Shown: positions 7,046-10,209 of the stretch, in pieces | Layout: each line of letters starts with the position of its first letter | How positions within the stretch are numbered: position 1 is the first letter of the stretch | NCBI GenBank assembly: GCA_033763905.1 | Contig: JANRJP010000064.1 | Location: 1 to 10,209 of the forward strand | Direction of reading: 5' to 3' | Length of the DNA stretch: 10,209 nt | Origin: Gemmatimonadaceae bacterium | Lineage (GTDB): Bacteria > Gemmatimonadota > Gemmatimonadetes > Gemmatimonadales > Gemmatimonadaceae | Notes under the pieces: model-generated | Seen by the model: only the letters and a program-made list of their open reading frames with translations | What the model was told of the DNA's origin: nothing | The model's database searches: none | Made by a program: the position numbers and the translations under genes

Positions 7046-7927
7046 CTACCCCGCGAGCTCGGCTTCGAACTCGCGCTGATCCTCCGGCGCCTCGGCCAGT
7101 CCCGCCGACGCCATAAACTGCTGATACGAACCCAGCGCAAAGGCAATCAACTTGCCCAGGTCGACGATGGGGTACTCGTACTCGCCGAAGGTTTGAATCG
7201 TGCCGAGCACGTTGGGCAAATTGCGCTCGAAAGCGTCCTGCACGATTTGCTGCATCGCCGGATCATTGGCGCAGAGCTCGCGCACCACCTGAATGCCGAA
7301 GGCGACGTGGCGTCCTTCGTCGCGACGAATCAGGCGGAAGCCTTCCTGCAGGCCCGGCAACCAGCCGCGCGTCGCCAGCGCCTCGTGCGCGCCCACGTAG
7401 CCGGTGCGCGCCAGCATCGCTTCGACGGTGCCCATATAGTGCGTCACCGCTTCCAGAAACACGCGCCGCACCTCGACGCGACCATCGGCGAGCCGCAGAC
7501 GGTTCGTGACCGCGTCGAGATCGTCGATCAACAGGGCCTGCGGCGCTGGTGTGAGTTCGCGCAACGCCAATTCGGGCGATTCACCGAAGACTTCGGTGAA
7601 GTAGCGCGCAAAGAACTCATAGTGCTTCGCTTCTTCGTATAGTTGGGCCGCCAGGTGGAATTCCTTGTCGAGGCCCAGCTCGCCGCGCGGAATGGCCGCC
7701 AGGAAGGGTGCCAGCGTGTTCGCCACGGATTCTTCGCCTGCCGCGAACAGCGCGCAGAGCCGATGGATCTGCTCGCCATAGCGCTGGACCGGATAGTCAC
7801 GCTTGATCTCGGCCCACTGCGCTCTGTCGACCGCGAGGTCGATGTCGGCAGGGTCCCAGTGCAACCGCTTCGCCTTGTCGTAGAGCTTGAAGTAGGTCGA
7901 GGTCAGGTCGTCGGTGACAAACGGCAT
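7046..7927 (-). CDS. R2-like ligand-binding oxidase (R2lox; ferritin-like Mn/Fe or di-iron carboxylate protein, RNR small-subunit homolog), 293 aa
   Basis: LYDKAKRLHWDPADIDL..D..W N-terminal signature. GE65ESV68, EE99AKH102, Y164MGTVE169AMLARTGY177, LPGL and DE204GRH207 reproduce the R2lox ligand set. No R1 (nrdA) gene in the window. Confidence 0.9.
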   Translation of the reverse strand: MPFVTDDLTSTYFKLYDKAKRLHWDPADIDLAVDRAQWAEIKRDYPVQRYGEQIHRLCALFAAGEESVANTLAPFLAAIPRGELGLDKEFHLAAQLYEEAKHYEFFARYFTEVFGESPELALRELTPAPQALLIDDLDAVTNRLRLADGRVEVRRVFLEAVTHYMGTVEAMLARTGYVGAHEALATRGWLPGLQEGFRLIRRDEGRHVAFGIQVVRELCANDPAMQQIVQDAFERNLPNVLGTIQTFGEYEYPIVDLGKLIAFALGSYQQFMASAGLAEAPEDQREFEAELAG

Positions 7928-8021
7928 CGGAGGCTCGGTGCAGGTGATGCCGAACCTTGAGCCGGTTGGCCAGCCGGGGCGAGCCCCGCACCCTAATTGC
8001 TGTTGGGACGACCGGTCGGTC

Positions 8022-8435
8022 TTAACTGCCGAAGTCGGTCTCGACCAACTGCGCGCAGGCCACCAAGGCTTTCGCCGCCTTGGTCTGCATCATCAAAGTG
8101 GTGAGTGAGCCCTGCACCAACTTGAGCTTGCCCATCGTCACGGCAACGACCGGGTCGAGCGTGCCGCGCACGACTTGCTCCCACGCGGCGTAGTCGCCGC
8201 GGAGCACGAAGTCGGTCGTCGCTTTCTCGCCGACCTTCACACGCACGGCACTGCAGTGGCCGTTCGCGAGATCGAGCTCGATCGCGACATCCTGCGGGTA
8301 GCCCCGCGCCGGATCGGCACTGAGCGACAGGGCCAGCGGCCAGGTCCAGCCGCTACCAGCGGCGCGATAGGCCTCGTTGCCGTTGATCGCCTGTTGAAAG
8401 GCGTCGGCCCAGCCTTGAGTGAATGGCTTGTGCAC
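8022..8435 (-). CDS. SCP2 sterol/lipid-transfer domain protein, 137 aa
   Basis: FTQGWADAFQQAINGNEAY..LDLANGHC..DFVLRGDYAAWEQVVRGTLDPVVAVTMGKLKLVQG is the SCP2 pattern, with the G-LDP--A---GKLK--G C-terminal signature. The GTG start lies 2 nt after the upstream stop. Confidence 0.9.
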   Translation of the reverse strand: MHKPFTQGWADAFQQAINGNEAYRAAGSGWTWPLALSLSADPARGYPQDVAIELDLANGHCSAVRVKVGEKATTDFVLRGDYAAWEQVVRGTLDPVVAVTMGKLKLVQGSLTTLMMQTKAAKALVACAQLVETDFGS

Positions 8436-8437
8436 GG

Positions 8438-9481
8438 TCAGGTGGTGTTGCGCGCGGCGAGTTCAGTCGGAGAAGCGGGCTCGGCGTTGCGGCCGCGCAT
8501 TGCGCGGAGCACGGTGGCTCCGGCGGCCAGTGCGCCAAGCGGGATGTAGGCGTAGAACGTATAGGCGCGCCACCAGAGGAGCGATGCCCCGAAGAACTGG
8601 TCGGGAATCGCCGAGCCCAAGGCGGCGCGGAAGGCCAACTCAATCAGGCCGCCGCCGGCCGGCGCGGGCGCTGCCGCACCGCCGTAGAGCAGGACGAGCG
8701 GCCACAGCACGATGCGGTCGAGTGACTGGAGCGCCACCGCGGCACCGCCGATGCCCCAGACGACCACCGGTAGCACCGCCAGCCGCACCACGATGTGCAG
8801 CACCGAGGCCACCAGCGACCCGACCAGCCAGCGCCACTGCGCCTGCCGCAATGCGCCGACGCCACTGCGCAAACTGCGCAGCGCGCGTTGGATGGCGCGC
8901 CACCGTCCTGCGTGCAGCCGCAGCGTGCGCGCCCACGCCGGGGGCGGGCCGCTCGAGTAGGTACGCGACAGCAGATATCCCGCCAATCCAACACCCAGCA
9001 CGGCGAGCGCGTAGCCTCCAATCAGGCCGGCGATCGACGCCGGTGCGCGGCCTTCCGCCCCGAAGGTCGCCAGCAGCATCAGCGCCACGATCGCCAAGGA
9101 CACCGTCTCGAGCACGAGTTCCGAGAACAGGATGATCAACGCACTCGCGGGCTTCATTCCCGATTCGGCCAGCACGAGGAATCGCGCCGGCTCCGCGCCA
9201 GAGCGCGATGGCGTGATGGCCGCGCCGAAGTCCCCGCCGAGGGACATTCGGAGCGCCAGCGTGAAGTTGAGCGGGATGTGCAGAGCGCGGCCGCTCAGCG
9301 ACACCTTGAGCGCACGAAAGAGGATTTCGGCGCACAGGGCCGCGGCCGCCAAGGCGTGCGCCCACCACGGCAGGGCGACGGGGATGTCGCCGGCGGGGAA
9401 GGCCGACCGGGCAATCCAGACCGAGGCCCCGAGGGCTGCAGCAAACGAGAGGACGACAACAGCCCACTGGCGGAAGTTCAC
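8438..9481 (-). CDS. Lysylphosphatidylglycerol synthase TM-region / UPF0104 flippase-like integral membrane protein, 347 aa
   Basis: Many hydrophobic segments. Family motifs FRALK, FGAAITPSRSGAEPAR, PAPAGGGLIE and LLWWRAYTFYAYIPLG. No cytoplasmic aminoacyl-transferase domain. Confidence 0.85.
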   Translation of the reverse strand: MNFRQWAVVVLSFAAALGASVWIARSAFPAGDIPVALPWWAHALAAAALCAEILFRALKVSLSGRALHIPLNFTLALRMSLGGDFGAAITPSRSGAEPARFLVLAESGMKPASALIILFSELVLETVSLAIVALMLLATFGAEGRAPASIAGLIGGYALAVLGVGLAGYLLSRTYSSGPPPAWARTLRLHAGRWRAIQRALRSLRSGVGALRQAQWRWLVGSLVASVLHIVVRLAVLPVVVWGIGGAAVALQSLDRIVLWPLVLLYGGAAAPAPAGGGLIELAFRAALGSAIPDQFFGASLLWWRAYTFYAYIPLGALAAGATVLRAMRGRNAEPASPTELAARNTT

Positions 9482-9489
9482 GCGCCCCT

Positions 9490-9515
9490 TACGCCAGGTT
9501 CGGGTGCGAAGTTCC
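9490..9515 (-). promoter_or_regulatory. Candidate ECF-sigma promoter GGAAC-N17-CGTA for the flippase-like/SCP2/R2lox cluster
   Basis: The minus strand reads GGAAC(9515-9511) ttcgcacccgaacctgg CGTA(9493-9490), then 8 nt, then the GTG start at 9481. This fits the general ECF AAC/CGT promoter architecture. Confidence 0.5.
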
Positions 9516-9526
9516 GCCTGCGTGAC

Positions 9527-9555
9527 TTGCGAGGGTCAGGTTGCGGCGCGAGAAT
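9527..9555 (+). promoter_or_regulatory. Candidate sigma70-type promoter for the BNR-repeat gene
   Basis: TTGCGA(9527-9532)-N17-GAGAAT(9550-9555). Each hexamer matches consensus at 4/6 with ideal spacing. Confidence 0.35.
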
Positions 9556-9601
9556 CGCGAGCTGAGCACGTGCAGTGGTTCACCACGAGAGGAGACGTCT
9601 G

Positions 9602-10209
9602 ATGAAGGCAGGAATATGCGGGGTGACCCCCCGGTTTGGCGCGGCGGCGTGCGGCGCGCTGGCACTCGTCCTGATGGTACCCGGAATGCTCTCGGCGCAA
9701 CGCCCGGCCGCTCGGGCTCGCGGTCCGGTGGCACCGGTCTCGAGCGCGCCGATGATGGCGGCGGTCGATTCGAGCGCCATTCAGGGGATGCGATGGCGCG
9801 AAATCGGCCCCTTCCGCGGTGGCCGCTCGGTCGCCGTGGCCGGCTCGGCATCGCGCCCGCTCGAATACTGGATGGGCACGACCGGCGGCGGGGTCTTCAA
9901 GACCACCGACGCGGGAATGTCCTGGCGCCCGGTGACCGATCGCTACTTCGGTGGCACGATCGGCGCGATCGGTGTGGCGGAGTCGAATCCGGACATCGTG
10001 TATGTGGGCGGCGGCGAAACGCCGATCCGCGGCAACACCGCGCCCGGTGACGGTCTCTGGAAGACCACCGACGGTGGTCGCACGTGGAGCAAGCTGCCGT
10101 TGCCCGGTGGCGATCGCACGCATATCGCGCGGGTGCGCGTGCATCCGACGAATCCGGACATCGTGTGGCTCGGCAGCTTGGGGCGCGTGTTCAGCCGCAA
10201 TCCCGAGCG
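9602..10209 (+). CDS. Secreted BNR/Asp-box repeat (VPS10/sortilin-like, 'glycosyl hydrolase'-annotated) beta-propeller protein, N-terminal part only, cut by the window end
   Basis: Absent from the ORF track; translated by hand. AGGAG at 9590-9594 and ATG at 9602: MKAGICGVTPRFGAAACGALALVLMVPGMLSA|QRP...MRWREIGPFRGGRSVAVAGS..YWMGTTGGGVFKTTDAGMSWRPV..IGAIGVAESNPDIVYVGGGE..RGN..GDGLWKTTDGGRTW..HIARVRVHPTNPDIVWLG. Open to the end of the window. Confidence 0.9.
   Translation, partial: MKAGICGVTPRFGAAACGALALVLMVPGMLSAQRPAARARGPVAPVSSAPMMAAVDSSAIQGMRWREIGPFRGGRSVAVAGSASRPLEYWMGTTGGGVFKTTDAGMSWRPVTDRYFGGTIGAIGVAESNPDIVYVGGGETPIRGNTAPGDGLWKTTDGGRTWSKLPLPGGDRTHIARVRVHPTNPDIVWLGSLGRVFSRNPE

Noticed and set aside
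7046..7927. Ribonucleotide reductase beta subunit (nrdB/nrdF)
   Set aside because: The first ligand is Glu in GEESV, the R2lox Val/Tyr signature is present, and no R1 gene is nearby.
7928..8090. The R2lox frame stays open through the spacer into the SCP2 3' end, allowing a +1 frameshift SCP2-R2lox fusion
   Set aside because: There is no slippery site, about 50 stop-free codons is unremarkable at this GC content, and both proteins look complete alone.
7046..8435. Horizontal transfer of R2lox/SCP2 suggested by AT-richer patches
   Set aside because: One 60-nt line counted by hand (33/60 GC) matched a line of the HD-GYP gene (32/60), and no insertion boundaries are visible. A proper codon analysis was not possible.
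8438..9481. Full mprF call
   Set aside because: Only a membrane domain of 347 aa is present; the aminoacyl-transferase domain is missing.
9566..9586. Short palindrome gcacgtgc and hairpin gtgg-ttca-ccac before the BNR gene
   Set aside because: Both are too short to distinguish from chance, and neither resembles a riboswitch.
9899..10073. 13-bp direct repeat as a mobile-element or CRISPR signal
   Set aside because: Both copies encode KTTD of Asp-box motifs in frame. There are only two copies and no transposase or cas genes.
9536..10200. Track ORFs 9541-10050 (+), 9536-10144 (-), 9580-9780 (-), 9943-10200 (-)
   Set aside because: They are alternative frames of the real BNR-repeat gene that starts at 9602.

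Overview
This is a GC-rich bacterial window. The gene style suggests Gemmatimonadota, but that is inference only. It holds 8 complete CDSs and one CDS cut by the window end that is missing from the ORF track. On the + strand: (1) a HEAT-repeat protein coupled by an ATGA overlap to (2) an HD-GYP phosphodiesterase, both starting with the same unnamed ~100-aa domain; (3) a secreted VIT+vWA (ITIH-like) protein, (4) an ECF sigma factor and (5) a membrane anti-sigma factor that has lost its zinc ligands. Converging on these from the - strand is a probable lipid-handling cluster: (8) an LPG-synthase-TM/UPF0104 flippase-like membrane protein, (7) an SCP2 lipid-transfer protein and (6) an R2-like ligand-binding oxidase (R2lox) with all metal ligands and cross-link residues. 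A GGAAC-N17-CGTA ECF-type promoter motif precedes this cluster. Divergent from it is (9) the start of a secreted BNR/Asp-box (VPS10/sortilin-like) beta-propeller protein. I found no RNA genes, CRISPR arrays or mobile elements. All calls come from motif recognition by eye; no searches were run.
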